Below the pieces are notes generated by a model. It was given only the letters and a program-made list of their open reading frames with translations. It searched no databases and was not told where the DNA came from. Shown piece by piece: positions 1-12,770 of a DNA stretch of 64,000 nt (positions are counted from its first letter, which is position 1; the number at the start of each line of letters is the position of its first letter). The position numbers were made by a program, and so were the translations under genes. Source of the DNA: Cystobasidiomycetes sp. EMM_F5 (taxonomy: Eukaryota); contig JBPGPT010000007.1 of the NCBI GenBank assembly GCA_051047955.1, forward strand, positions 310,001 through 374,000. The letters run 5' to 3'.

Positions 1-238
1 TATGGCTCCGACAAAGTGAGCGCATGCTGCTCGTGCTGAGGCTGCTGGGCACAGACTGCAGTCGCAAAAAGCGGAACAGCCGCATTCAACAGAGCCCGCA
101 GTCGCATGGTCAGGTTGGGTGTGGTTGAAAGAAACACGAAATAAACGACAAGGACAAGGATATTCGACAATTGATGGTGACAACATGGGATCGATGACTC
201 GACAGCAACGGGATAGATTGTATGGCAAGAGTGACATA

Positions 239-816
239 TCAACCCGGGCCAATCTCGAGACGAAAAGAAGCAAATGTCAGCGTGGAAGACCAATACGCAT
301 TGGTCGGCGAGACCCACCCTTGGAAGATCGTGATGCTCCGACAAGGCTTCGAGCTTTGCATTGAACTCGGACACGCGGTCCTTGTGGCTCTTGCGCGCTT
401 CCTTGCGGACCTTGTCCTTTAGACGCTGCCTTCGAACCTCGTCATAACGTCGTTCAGACTCGGTCATGCCGGCCGCGCTCGACGATTTATCGGCTGGTCT
501 GCTAGACTTGTCGGTGCTGTCCGATTCCATTTTCTTGCTAATTGACCGGTCATCGCCGTTGTTGTCGTCTTCCTTGCCAGCTTCGAGCGAGTCACTGCGT
601 TCCCGTTCTTGCTCGCTGGCCCGACTACTGCTACCCGCTTCCTCTCTCACACGCTCTGTAGTGCTAGACTTGCTCTTCTTCTTCTTTCTACATTTGTTTA
701 GAGCGTTTGTGAGCCCATACGTCTGAACTGAGTGTCGGCGTCAAGGCTCACTTTTTATCGTCGGCGCCCTTGAACTTGAGGGACCCGCCAGGACGGTGGT
801 CATACTCGGTGCCCAT
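239..816 (-). CDS. FAM32A/DUF1754-family small nuclear protein (2 introns)
   Basis: Spliced translation MGTEYDHRPGGSLKFKGADDKK...KKKK...MTESERRYDEVRRQRLKDKVRKEARKSHKDRVSEFNAKLEALSEHHDLPR|IGPG* carries the typical FAM32A N-terminal GGSLKFKG and C-terminal SEHHDxPxxGPG motifs. Confidence 0.88.
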
Positions 817-1021
817 GGATGGCACCCTAGGTAGGATTATGGCCTTGTTGTTGAATGGCCAGACATTTGTCGCAGAGTCAAGAGACAACGCTGCAAGAGA
901 TGGCGAAGTCATTCAAACATAGCACGCGAATTTGCAGCTCAAATGGCTAGTATACAACGACATCAGTACGACACAGTATGCTTGAAGCGCGACTATCCAA
1001 GTTTTATTCAGTGTATGCCAA

Positions 1022-1583
1022 TCACCCGCTGACCTTTTTGCTACGATTGAGACGCTTCTTGTATCGCTGGAGCTTCTTGGCCGACATCTGTGCATGGTTG
1101 GAAGGTCGTAGTTAGTGCATAGTCAACGCATACTGTTCTGAGAGATAGTCAAATCACCTTGGCAGCCAGATCTGCTAACCGTTTCTTCTCCTCTAGTGCT
1201 TCCTTGCGCTGCTTGGTGACCTCTTTCCGGCGGTCGATATCAGCTTGCTTCTCGCTAATCATTTCTCTGCTCGGAGACAGTACATAACGAGTTGTGACGA
1301 TGAATAGTAAGTATCGCCAATGTAAGCAATTCTGCAAAAATCCGACCAACCTTTCCAATTGCTTGACGGCTTCGTCTCGCTTCCGCTCTGAAGTACGCTG
1401 TTCCCAATTCTTGCTGAGTTTCTTGCTCTTTTGTGTGGTTGACGTGCTGGAGTTTCGGGTTGCTTTCCATGGTCTATGCCTGTTGGCGCCTGTTTCCGTA
1501 GAAAGCGTCGGTGCGGCTGCTGTTGCAGGCGTGGACGTTGAAGCCACAGGTTCTTCTGGTAATGCAGTGGTTGCCTCGTCCAT
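1022..1583 (-). CDS. CGR1: Cgr1-family rRNA-processing coiled-coil protein
   Basis: Contains RPWKATR...KNWEQRTSERKRDEAVKQLER...KEALEEKKRLADLAAK|MSAKKLQRYKKRLNRSKKVSG*; 2 GT-AG introns. Confidence 0.8.
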
Positions 1584-1686
1584 AATTGCTTGTGCGTCGA
1601 AAGTAAACCTGCAAACCAGTCGCATGCATCCTTGAAACGAAATATCGATCATCCTTTGGCTCTGGCCGACACGACACAAACGAGAA

Positions 1687-2506
1687 AGTATGCCAGCCAT
1701 CCCTCTGCACGATGCTTCAGCACTGAGCTGACTTGGTTTACCATTTCTTTCCGCCAACTCCAGTGACCTCGGCGACGTCGTGCGTCTTTACAAGCTTCAT
1801 TCTGAAATTTGGATGCCACATCTGACAACGTCTCGCTTACACCTCCGTACACGATCCTACAGCCATATACTCTTCGATGATCTCTTTACGGTAGCAACTG
1901 TCGACCGGGATGGCAGGAAATTCGACAGAGGTACAACTAATGACCCTCTCCAATGTCTATGAAAGCGTTTGACGCAAGTTACATTATCGCCAGTGTCCCG
2001 GATAACAGCAAAGTCTGAGAATCTGCAAATGGACTTGTCGCTGGATGTCAGTCCCTTCACTGAGCTGGTACCGACATGAACGTAGCTGACTGGTAGTCTC
2101 TCAGATAAATACAGATCTATGGCCATTGAAGTCAAACGATCAATTCAGCTTTGTGCTGGCCAATTCACTGTCAGCCGAGAGTGGAGACAATGCGGGTACT
2201 GGCGCGAACGGGGTTGGCAAAGACCAAGCACCTACATGGCGAGTCGATCCAGGAGGCAAGGGATTGGGTCTGGCAGACGATTACGACTATGTCATGTACG
2301 GGAAGGTGTATAAATTCGACGGAGCGGCGGCGGAGAGAGTGTGAGTCTGTCTCCGTCTAGTGGACGATACAGACCGCGAAACTAAATTTTCGAGCAGGAC
2401 GGCATACGCATCCTTTGGTGGTCTATTGATGGCTCTGAGTGGCGCATACCGTCATATGTCATCCATCACTGTTGGAGACAATGTATACCTTCTGGCGCGG
2501 AAGTGA
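1687..2506 (+). CDS. RPB8: RNA polymerases I/II/III shared subunit RPABC3
   Basis: Spliced MTSATSHILFDDLFTVATVDRDGRKFDRVSRI...LDINTDLWPL...LADDYDYVMYGKVYKF...AYASFGGLLMALSG...VYLLARK*; ATG is split by intron 1688-1763. Confidence 0.95.
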
Positions 2507-2657
2507 GGAGATCAGTCAAGCAGTCCCATCAGTACTTGGCCATGTTGTAGCCTGTATACCGCAAAGATCACGTAAACAGTGCCGCTCATTCAAATTAGGT
2601 GTGCAAACAACAAAGGAGAGCATACATAATTGACACCGACGAATTGCTGACATCCGT

Positions 2658-3530
2658 TTAAAACTGCTGGGACTTGCGAAGTCCGTTCAGATGAGAGACT
2701 CGAAGCAGCGCAGCCGGATCGCTGGCTACGTCAGGAGACGCTACGCGTACAATCCTCACACACAGCCAAGGACTTTGCAGCATAGCTCTCCACTTGTCTG
2801 GCGGTCTGGGTCGCTGAGACTCCTCACGCCTCTCGACGAACTCACGAACACTGATGCTCCCCGCTTCATGTTGCTGATATGCTTCGATACGATACATGCC
2901 TTTGAAAGTGTAGAAGGAGGAGTGGAACCGCTTCCACAAAGTCTGACTGCCTTCGGAAAGTGAGTAATGATAGAATGGCAACACTTGGCCAATGTGATGC
3001 TTGATGGCTATGAAGCTGTTCTTTGTCCATATGTGACAAACTTCTGTATTGTTGTCATCCAGGTTGGCTCCTCGATGTGATAGGATGGCTACACTGTGCA
3101 TCAGGTACATCGTCAGTGTATATTACGGTCATGCTCAAGCCACGAACCCACATTCTCGCATTTGGACCGTCCACTGGCCCAACTCTGTCTTTGTATGTCC
3201 CGTAGGTAGAGCTTCCTTCGTTGCGGAGCATAAACGAATGGGCGTTGAAGCCGTCGAGGGCTCTGGCAATTTGATGAGCGGAGTACTCTCCGAGACCTGG
3301 TCTCGGTCTAGCCTCGCCGTTTTGAGTGTGCATCATCTGTTTGTCATTGATTCTAGGCGTAAATACAACGTCAGCGCACAATTAATCATTGTTTTGTGAT
3401 TTAGCATACCCTCCGTCAGCTTGTTGATATTGATATTCCGGCTTCTCGCCTGAATCGTACGCGTATTCTTGCGTTCTTTGACCGGATACGTGCATAACGG
3501 TCCACAATATCGTGACATTGGCTGTAGTCG
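2658..3530 (-). CDS. Uncharacterised fungal protein, paralog A (5' end uncertain)
   Basis: GEYSAHQIARALDGFNAHSFM...VAILSHRGAN...LPFYHYS...FYTFKGMYRI...ERREES...W..MLQSPWLCVRIV; aligns along its length with the + strand gene at 3812-4596. Confidence 0.7.
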
Positions 3531-3811
3531 GTGCAGAATAGAGCTGTTATTCCAAACTCGTGGCAAACGTCACTGTACGCGCTTGTCTCAGCGACGACTA
3601 CTGCCGCAACTTGGATAATATCAGCTCTTCGCGCATTCAAAGGCGATAATGTCCCGTTTTCGAGCTATCCACAGCTATCTTTGAGCCGTTTCCGTCCAAA
3701 AAAGCGTCCGTTGTCAAACACCTCCGCGTTCCGTCACCGTCAAGATACTGCACACCTCGTTCGAGGCAGGATATTGGAAGAGCTCTTTCTCTGAACAGAA
3801 TATCAGTTATC

Positions 3812-4596
3812 ATGGCGGAACATACAGCGTCGTCTCCTGATAAGCCCGCCGTCTGGCAGCCCCGCTTCAAGCGTGATCCTTCCATTCAAGCCACGCCATA
3901 TCGGTATGCTCAAATAGACTAGCGCAAGAGCTCAAGCTGAATTTATATTGACAGGCCTCCCCCTCCTCGCTGTGCTGACGGAGAGTACGAAGTTACAGAC
4001 ATTGCAAAGAGGCTAGGTGGTGAAGGCCAGCACTCATTCATGGTGCCGAGGCTTGCAGGTACATCCACCAGCAACGTGAACGAAGCGGAAGGCGTCGACG
4101 ACGACGCGAAGCCACTTGAACAGCCAAGGAATATGTGAGTAGGAGGGCAGTTGTACACGACTTTATGCTGCCAACCGACTCGGACATGTCATACTACAGT
4201 ATTGCCATCATCAATCATCGAGGCGCCAACCCTTCGCACGTTACTGGAGACTCTCGCGAGTTGTGGACTCGTCACAATCTCGACGCTATAATTGGCAGTA
4301 TGTCCATATTACTACCATTCTACACCTATTCATCATCGTCCAGTGCGGAGAAGCGATGGAGAATCCGCAAATCTTCCACATACGTGTATGCTGGCACCTA
4401 CAAGATTTCAGAGGTGCAAAGACTAGAGCCAAGAAGTCCAGAAGTCCTTCAGTTCATTGGCGAAAGAGAGGAATCTAAAGGCGAGAAGACGGCGGCAATA
4501 TGGCAGGACAAGCTAAACAGCGTGTGGATGAAGGTCACAATTGTCAAATGCGCTCCTGAGCTGCAGCAGCCTGATCCTCTGCTCGTACACCGGTGA
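3812..4596 (+). CDS. Uncharacterised fungal protein, paralog B
   Basis: MAEHTASSPDKPAVWQPRFKRDPS...GEYEVTDIAKRLGGEGQHSFM...IAIINHRGAN...LPFYTYS...YVYAGTYKI...EREES...WQDKLNSVWMKVTIV; 2 GT-AG introns. Confidence 0.75.
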
Positions 4597-4835
4597 TAAT
4601 CTCATGTAGAAAGATGCTAAAATGTAATGGATGCTCAACGCACGTAGATCCGGGATGAAGAGGCGCTTGTGCAATTGTCGTTGTAGTGACGTACTGACGG
4701 AAGAATGTGCTCTGTTGTAGTACATGGAGGCGATTGCATGCAAACTTATAAGCTGTTCCTTCATCAACTTCGTAACGCTCGTAATGCGTTTTTCTGTTTC
4801 AATTCGCGGTTGAGGGTCGCAAATTGTCCATTACA

Positions 4836-7800
4836 CTATATTTCTTGCTCCCCTGCTGCCAAGAACGGCCTGTCCAAGCTTGCTACGGCAGTGTCACAGT
4901 ACACGCAACTGGATGCCAGTATCCTATCGAGTTCTTCGCGCATCTTCTCCTCCTTTGCCTTCACTGTTGGACTAACGTACTCTGCGGCCGCCTCCGTCGA
5001 TGTTCGCTCTCGTCCAACTGCACTCATAATGCCCCCACCAATTACGCTAACAATTGCATCCGGCAGAACCAGCTTTCGCAGTTGGTCTAAGCCTTGCACG
5101 CTCGCCTGCGCAAGTTTGCGTCCAGACACTAGACCGAGGGCTTCCAAGCTGCTCGTTTCAGCATTGGCTGCCCCAACAATCTGCGCAGCTTTCTTCGGAT
5201 CATTCTTGGCATCGCGAGCGGTCTGATTCTGCAAGTCGAGCATGCGGCGAAGCATATGCGGAGGGAGATGTTGTGTGACCTGTCAAGACGTAGTCAGAAG
5301 CTCGCACTGTATGCAAGAGGAGCTGAGATGCCGCCTACTTCTTTGATCAGACAATCAGCGTGGAAGGCGTGCTGACACGGAAATACGTAGAATTGTCTAG
5401 CGAGTAGAGGCAGGCTGCACGTATCGCATTTCGCTGCCGAATCCACAACAACAAAGCGATTTTGGAGATTCTCAATGTCTCGACGAATGGCTTGAGCTGC
5501 AGAAGTGGCGGTCTCCATATCTTGCCGAAGCTGCTCAATCTCGGCGCTGTACCCTTCGAGAGCTTCGCAGACGTCGTCCTTGAACTCATCAATGGTGACG
5601 AAATCTGGAAAGAAGGGAAGGATGTCTTCGATCTTGAGGAGGTCAGTGCTTTCAAGAAACTGCATGGCGCTGATCATAACTCGTCAGTCGTATCGATATC
5701 AGAATGTGAAGTAGCTTGTCGTCTTTGACTTACGCCTTAAGATCGTTCTTTTCACGGACCACATGCTTTGCAATCTTGAGCCACAACTTTTTCCGCAGCA
5801 TATTGTCGTCCTTCGGAAGATCTGCATTCATCTTGGCCGTATCCAAATCACCTTCTTGCAGAGCTAGATCAACACTGCTCTCGTACAGCTCCATTTTGCT
5901 GTATATCCGCATGCATGCCGACACCCTGTGGTGGGCTTTGCAAATCCGTAAAGCGTAGTCCAAATCATAGTACGGTGCGCCGGTGTCTTCATCGGTCGGC
6001 GCGGTCTCCAGAAAGTGCAATAGTTCCGCATCGTCTTCCGAAGGTGTCGACACATACAAGCACAGAAGCGCATTGTGTATGCATGCTTCGCGGATGTCCC
6101 TGCGAAATATGAGGAAATTCAGATACTTGATTGCCGAGGGTGTGGCATTGTTCCGCTGAGATCCGATGGGCAAGAGGGCAGGCAACAATCTGCGAGCTTC
6201 GAGCCGGCTTTCCCGCATGAAGGCGTCGACCGCTTCTCTTGGGATTTTTTGCATTAAGACTGTAGCATAACGATAGTATAACTGCACATCGTTCTTTTGT
6301 TGCGCAATCAATTAGCTGGCTCATAGGAGGATTACGTTGGTAAACACCCACCTGACGTGCTAACGCAAGCAGCGCAGCGGACCAGTCTTCCTCGCTGATC
6401 CAGTGAGCGACGATACGCTCGTAATCTCCAACGACATCAGCGAAATGGAGAAGAATGTTGGTGCGTCCGTGGCTGGCGATAAGTTGGAACACTGTCCGGC
6501 GGTCAAGGTTGTCCTAGCGAAAGCTTCATCCATCAGCAAGAAGTAGGGAAGGAATTTGCGCTCAGTCTGCCACCCTCACTTTGTGTTGCTGCAAGAAACG
6601 CTCTAAGTCTTCCTGGACGATCATCTTCCTAGCCTGGTAGTTCTCTACGTCATCTGAAGCCGCTTCTGCAGCAGCTATATCGTCCAAGTGGTTGATCTCG
6701 CTCAAAAACATTTCGACAAGCCACGTCGCAATCATCATTCTCTGCGTGAGGTCCTGTGTAGTTTCAATCAGTGGACATCGCACAGCTACTTCACAAAACC
6801 AGGACCGTACATTTCTGGGTAGCTTCTCCAAGCATGCACTCAGGTAAACTCGCAGTGCGTCGTTTTCGGACTGATCCACGAAGCGGAGGACGACCTCTTC
6901 AAACGTTCGGGATCCATTTGCGTATGCCTCGGCTGCTTGTATGTAGCGCCCCTGCTGGAAGAAAGCATCCGCCTGGGCGGAATACACTGCGCGCCGTTGC
7001 GAGGGATCCTGCGAGGATTCGTCAGTCTAAGTCTTTATCTCGCCGCATGCAGATCTACTTTGACGAAGCGCAAAGAAGCATCGAATGCTTGCTTGTTCAA
7101 ATACACTTTCCAGATATCTTGGTCTTCTTCCGAAATAATGAGCTCAAAAATAGACGAGTCTGTGTAGATCCAGTGCGTGTTCTTGTACATGTCAGTGGTC
7201 ATAGCTTTGACCCGCTCGCCCGGGCGCTAGAATCGCCAGATTGTCAGCGAATAGCGCTACGCGCCGCTCTTACGCCCTGCTTACGATGTCGAGCATTTCT
7301 TCATAGACTATTTTATCGTCGAGTAGACGTATGACTCGTACTCTGTCCGCATAAAGCAAAACCAGGTGATACTGTGTCGGTGCCATGCTGAGAGGTAAAT
7401 CGGCGTCGGAGGCTGGACGTGTGGGACTGATGGTATCGTTGCCATCATAAGGCACGGGATCGCTCGTGCGGTTGGGATATGGCAACAGCTGCGCCGAATC
7501 TATCGCGCCATCGCCAGGCTCTTGAGATGAATACGATAACGAGCCATGGTAGATACCCGGACCTTCGTGACGCAAGGTTAGACAGGTAAGAGAGCGCACA
7601 CAACGCGCTTTATTTGGACGTACCTGTCATCCATGCAATCGTCTTTGGCGGCTCTACAGCGCCATCTCTACTAGCTTGCCAGAAGTGCATTTCGCTGGCT
7701 TGCTGGTCGCCCGGTAATTCCAGCGATTCTGGTGACCGACTCAGTGTTGACTCGAGAACGACGAGGACGATGACGATGACTCACTTGGCATGGTGTCGCG

Positions 7801-8918
7801 GTACACTTTGAAAAGATCATCATACATGCCACCTTCATCCCGTTCTGCTGAGGAAACATTGCTTGCTGCGACAGGCACAGAACCGATGAATTGGTATATC
7901 CGCGTGGCAGTCGTGGCTATCACCACTGCTCTACGCTTATTACTGCTTTGCACGCCTGACGACGTTGCTGCCCATATCTCGGATCTGATGCCGGTTATGG
8001 CGTGCTCTTCTGCTGGCGTCCTTTCATTTCCCGCCGCGTTCGCAAGCGAGTATACTAGCTTAAAATGACGCTCGAGACCTCCTCTGCTGAAAGTCCTAAG
8101 AGCAGCGGCGGCCGATGAGCCATCATCGGCGACCACACCCGCACCATCGATGACGACTTCATATATGTTTCCTTTGCTGTCGCCAACCAAGATCTCCTTT
8201 GTACTGGTAGTCGTGCGTGCGTATTGCGAGCTGGATTGAGCGAGTGGGGAATTCCAGGAAACGGCCGTAATGACAGCACCTCGTAGTTTTGTGAGAAGCC
8301 TAGCCCGTTTGACGGAAGCGGAATCCCATCCCGCAAAGAAGTAATAGTTCTCTCCAGTCAAAGTCGACACGATTACATGTCTGCCGGATGGGTCGAGGAA
8401 CAGGCGATGAGGTGACGCATTATCCTGCTTCGGCACGCCTGCACTTGAACCTGCGCTGCGTTGCGACAGTTGCGCTTGGACACTCGCGGCATTGTAGAGC
8501 TCGATACTACGCTCTGTTTCGGGGTTATTTAGATCAATTCGCGAGAGAGACGGTGCTCTGGGCGGCAAGCTGGATCCCGGATTCGCATTTGTTCCAGCAA
8601 AGAGGACGACTAACGTTTCGGAGCTGCATGCGAGTGCGAGAATGGGCGCAGATATGGGATACTACAGTATGAGAGTATCCTGTCAGATGGATTGCGAAAT
8701 ATCGAATGAATTGCTCACCTGCACACGCCCAATACTGAACGGCGGGTCTTTCTGGGCGAGCTGAAGAGCACAAGTAGGTCAATTTGGTGGTATAGGCCTT
8801 GAGTAAGGCTTCCAACCTCATCCAATCCATACGACTGCCCGTTCAGACCGCCGCCTTCGAAACCCATAGTTCCCAATGCATTCTGGCCAGGACCCAGCTG
8901 GGAGTACTCGCTGAGCAT
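4836..8918 (-). CDS. VPS18: HOPS/CORVET subunit Vps18/Pep3
   Basis: N-terminal propeller (RLFLDPSGRHVIV), clathrin-like repeat (YYDLDYALRIC, KKLWLKIAKHVV, LLKIEDILPFFPDF) and C-terminal RING (CDTC...FYVFPCQHAFHADC...CVYC); about 10 GT-AG introns. Confidence 0.95.
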
Positions 8919-9198
8919 GATTGAGCGGATTTAAGACTAGGCAAATGCAGTGACGGCCTGCAATCGCCGCTTCAACATGGCTGGGTTGTTTGTTGATGGA
9001 ACCGATAGATAACTTGGATACAATCGTCATACTGGCAATAGTCTCGGTCAAATTGCATGAAAAGCATAGCATTGCAGCAGAATGGCGAGCGGTCACTAAT
9101 AATACACTGCAGAAGACCTGAAGTACATCAAAAAGTCTGCGAAATTTACTGGTGATGTTTGGAGACACTTGTTGAATTTATGCGGAGACAGACAGAAG

Positions 9199-12100
9199 CT
9201 ACGGTCCTAGCCACTGAGCATGAGCGGCGACCATCTCTTGACAATGGTGAAAAGTTTGAACGCGCCGTTTAGTAACGCTCGGCTCTGCATGTACCCTTTT
9301 AGCGCGGGGATACTTTGGATTGCCAGTAACGTGTAAAGGCTGAGTGTAAATGGGGTGAGGACGATGAAGCAGCAAGTCGTCTTTATCCTCGTCAATATTG
9401 AGCCACGGATCGTTCAGTAATTCTTCCACCGTCGCCCGTTTGTCCTGGTCCAATTCAAGCATACGGCCTAGAAACCGACAGAAATCGATGGCTTGATCCT
9501 GAGGCATCCGGTATGCAATCGTCAACATTTCCAGCAATGGCCGAGACCGAGACCGCAAGACACTCAAGTTGCCCTCATCATCGAAATGTCGCCAACTGTC
9601 TGCTCCAGCCTTTATCAGTTCTGCCGGATATGGACCCAGTACATCGATGTGTTGGGCAACCATGTCATGATCTTTGTTCCAGCGGTTACGATGGCTGTTG
9701 TCGGGTACTGGTTGAAAGAGAAGGTCGCCAGTAAGCAACTCAAAGACAGTGCATCCCATCGCCCAGACGTCAATTGGCTTGCCGTACTGAAAACGTAAAA
9801 CACCGTCAGCCAACTCTAGTTTGGGGTGATATACAGGAATTGCACTGACCTGAGCGCCGAGTAGACTCTCAGGCGGTCTGTACTGGAGCGTGCACACCTT
9901 ACGATTGGCAGTCTGGCGTTCTTCGAGCTTTCTAAAATCTGGCTCATACTCCAAACGCCTTGCATTGCCCAGATCCGCAATCTTAATGTTGACATCCTTT
10001 GGGTCCATTGATAGCGGAGACTTGGTCGAAACTTTTGGGAGAGGACGAAGCTCGCATTTACACATGTCAGGAATGGGTGGCCTTGCTTCGGAGAGCTTAA
10101 TTGGCGCGAGCGTCTCGAAGCGATTTGCAGGCAGCTCGACCTCCTCTTCCATGCCTCTTTCCACAGCTAGAAGATTCAATCCCGCGACATATGAAGTCTG
10201 ACGGGATGTTTTGAGACGACATTGCTCGATGGAACCTAGCATGCCGTTGGGATGTGCAGCAGTGGACGTTTCCGATGGGAAATCGCCTGTCACAGCAAGT
10301 AGAGAGCCTCCGCAGGGGTGGACCGGGCTTTCGTACACGATGGGTTGCGAGACAGTAGAGTACGAGGGCCGACATTGTGATTGTGGGGGGCTCGTGCACG
10401 GAGGGGATTTGCGTCGTGCTCGCATATGGAGTGATCCGGACTGAAGATCATCGTCATCCTCACTACTACTACTACTGACTGTGGTCTGGCCTTCAGACCC
10501 AGTCGAACTGCTGAGCTTCCGTTGTTGCGAATTCGTGCTGGACGCCAGGCTGTCCCTGTTGTTGGACTCGACTGAAGATTGAGAAATCGATGTAGTGATG
10601 CCCAACAAAGGCTTTGACTTTGGCACCGTGGGACTTCTCGTCACACCGTCGGAACTCATATGCACTCCTGAATCGTTTCTGTCCATGTCTGCACTGCTAG
10701 CCGTAGGTTTCTGGTCGTTCTGCTGCACGTGTGCAGGCAGTGCAGACAGAGGGCCTTTAGGGGATTGCTTGCGGTCCTCAGGCAAGCAGCACGATACCGA
10801 AGGTAGTCTTGTAAATTCATGCACATGTTGAATCGGTGAAGACGGTGCCGGAATATGGTGGTGGAGAATGCGCCAAACATTCGCAGCAGGAGGACGTATA
10901 GCATCAGTCGAGGTAGGAGTCGTATATACCAATTTCGGGTACCATGGCGCATTCGGGTGATCAATGACAGCTTGTACCTCATCCGCCCTCGAGATTGTCA
11001 TCTTGTGCTTTGCTTTGAGTGCCCAACTGACATCTGCTACGAGCGGATTCACTCTCGGAACATCGTAGTGTGGATACTCGACCTCCGCATGTTTATTCTT
11101 GCTCGAGAGTGGGATAGCCGTTGGCGGCGGTTGTCCAGCATTTTTGGCCAGTTCCGCTTGTACCTGCCGATGATTGTCCAGACAGGAATCAACGACATAT
11201 CTCGCCAGCATCTGATTCTTCATCCGAGTATGTGGCATGGCGAGGAGGATATTGTCGGGCTTGATGTCGGTGTGGATATAGTCTCGACGATGCAAGAATT
11301 GTAATCCTTGCAACATCTGCTTTGTCATGCGCTTGACTAACCTGAGTGGAAGTCCTTGAAAGTCATTCTGTCGAAGCATTTCGGACATGGACATGCCGTC
11401 GGCTTCCATGACAATACACATGTGTGTTTGGCCCTCTGCAATATTGAGACAATGAGACTTGGTCACATTTGAGACAAACATCCAACTCACCATAGAGCGC
11501 TGGGTGCTCGAACGTGTCGAGGTATGTTACCAGATACTCCAGTCCTGGGGCTTTGGGCTTCTCGCGGAAGTGCTCTACGTGGTACGGTAGGTCAGTGGAG
11601 AACGTTCACTACGAGTATCACAACCGCTTACCATGCATATACAGCTCCTTCTGTGCCGCCTCGTGATAGGCATAAGCAGACCGCGCGACCTTGATGGCAA
11701 CATGGCGTTGCGCTCTGTGGCGGAATAAGCATGAGCACTGGGTGAGGACAAGAACAGGGAACGAAAACCTACTGCACGCTCCATGCTAGCCACACTGTAG
11801 CATAATGACCCGCGCCAATGAGTGATAGAGCAATGTATTGATCTCGTCCTAGTTTGTCCCCCGACTTGATGCGAGCATAGCCTTGATGACCGTACGACTT
11901 GATATCATGTTGAAACCTCGTATACGCTGCGCTAGTCAGGCTATACATTGGTCGCTTTGGGTCGAGATAGCTGGGACTATCCCATGTAGCTCGCTGCTTG
12001 CCTTTATCTGGTTTGTCTGTCGGAAGAGCCTCTTCGTAACCCATCCAGCGTCGGAAGCGAATCTCGTCATCCAAAGGATACGAGTAAGGAAGATCGTCTG

Positions 12101-12770
12101 GTAAGCCTGGACGCGTGTCTTCGTTGAAAGGATGATTGATGCACTGTTCCATGTCGCATGTAGGCTCATATTCGAGCGGAGGAGAAGGAGGCCCAATATC
12201 CAGGTGGGGAATAGCAGAGGTGGACGCAACAGGCGTTGGAGTGTCGCCTCCGCCCAAAGCTCGACGACTTATACGCGGTCTTGCCTTCGTATCGCCAACC
12301 GGGTCGTCCGGTTTATGCATTCCGAGCCAGGAAGAAAGCTTACTCATTGCACTAGGCCGCTTCTTCTGCTGTTTTGCAGTGTACATTGCATCTTCTGCTG
12401 ATATAACGGGAGTAGGAGGAGGGACACGAGGCGCCTGTATCTCGTCAGGAACCTCTGGCAGTAGGTCATCGACGTCGCCATCGCCAATATCCCACTTCTC
12501 GTCGTCCGATAGCTTGGCGGCACACTCCATGTGCTCATACAAGACGGGAGGAAGCAAGTTCCAGGCACGAGCAACGGGTACTGCCAGTCGAGAGTTGCGG
12601 TACACCCTGTTGTAGGCGTCATTATCGCCTACATCATCGATTTGTGCCCCAGCACGTTCCACGTCCTTCGTGACAATGGCGGTGACATTGCCTGTGGCAG
12701 CGATGTCCTCTTTGATGTTGACATTTCCCATAGCGGCAACGGCGATATCTGCTGTGATGATGTCTTGCAT
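9199..12770 (-). CDS. SRPK/Sky1-like serine/threonine kinase with a very long spacer insert
   Basis: GAGHYATVWLA, HVAIKV, HTDIKPDNILL, >400-aa low-complexity spacer, IKIADLGNA, TLQYRPPE, DVWAMGCTVFELLTGDLLF. Confidence 0.85.
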
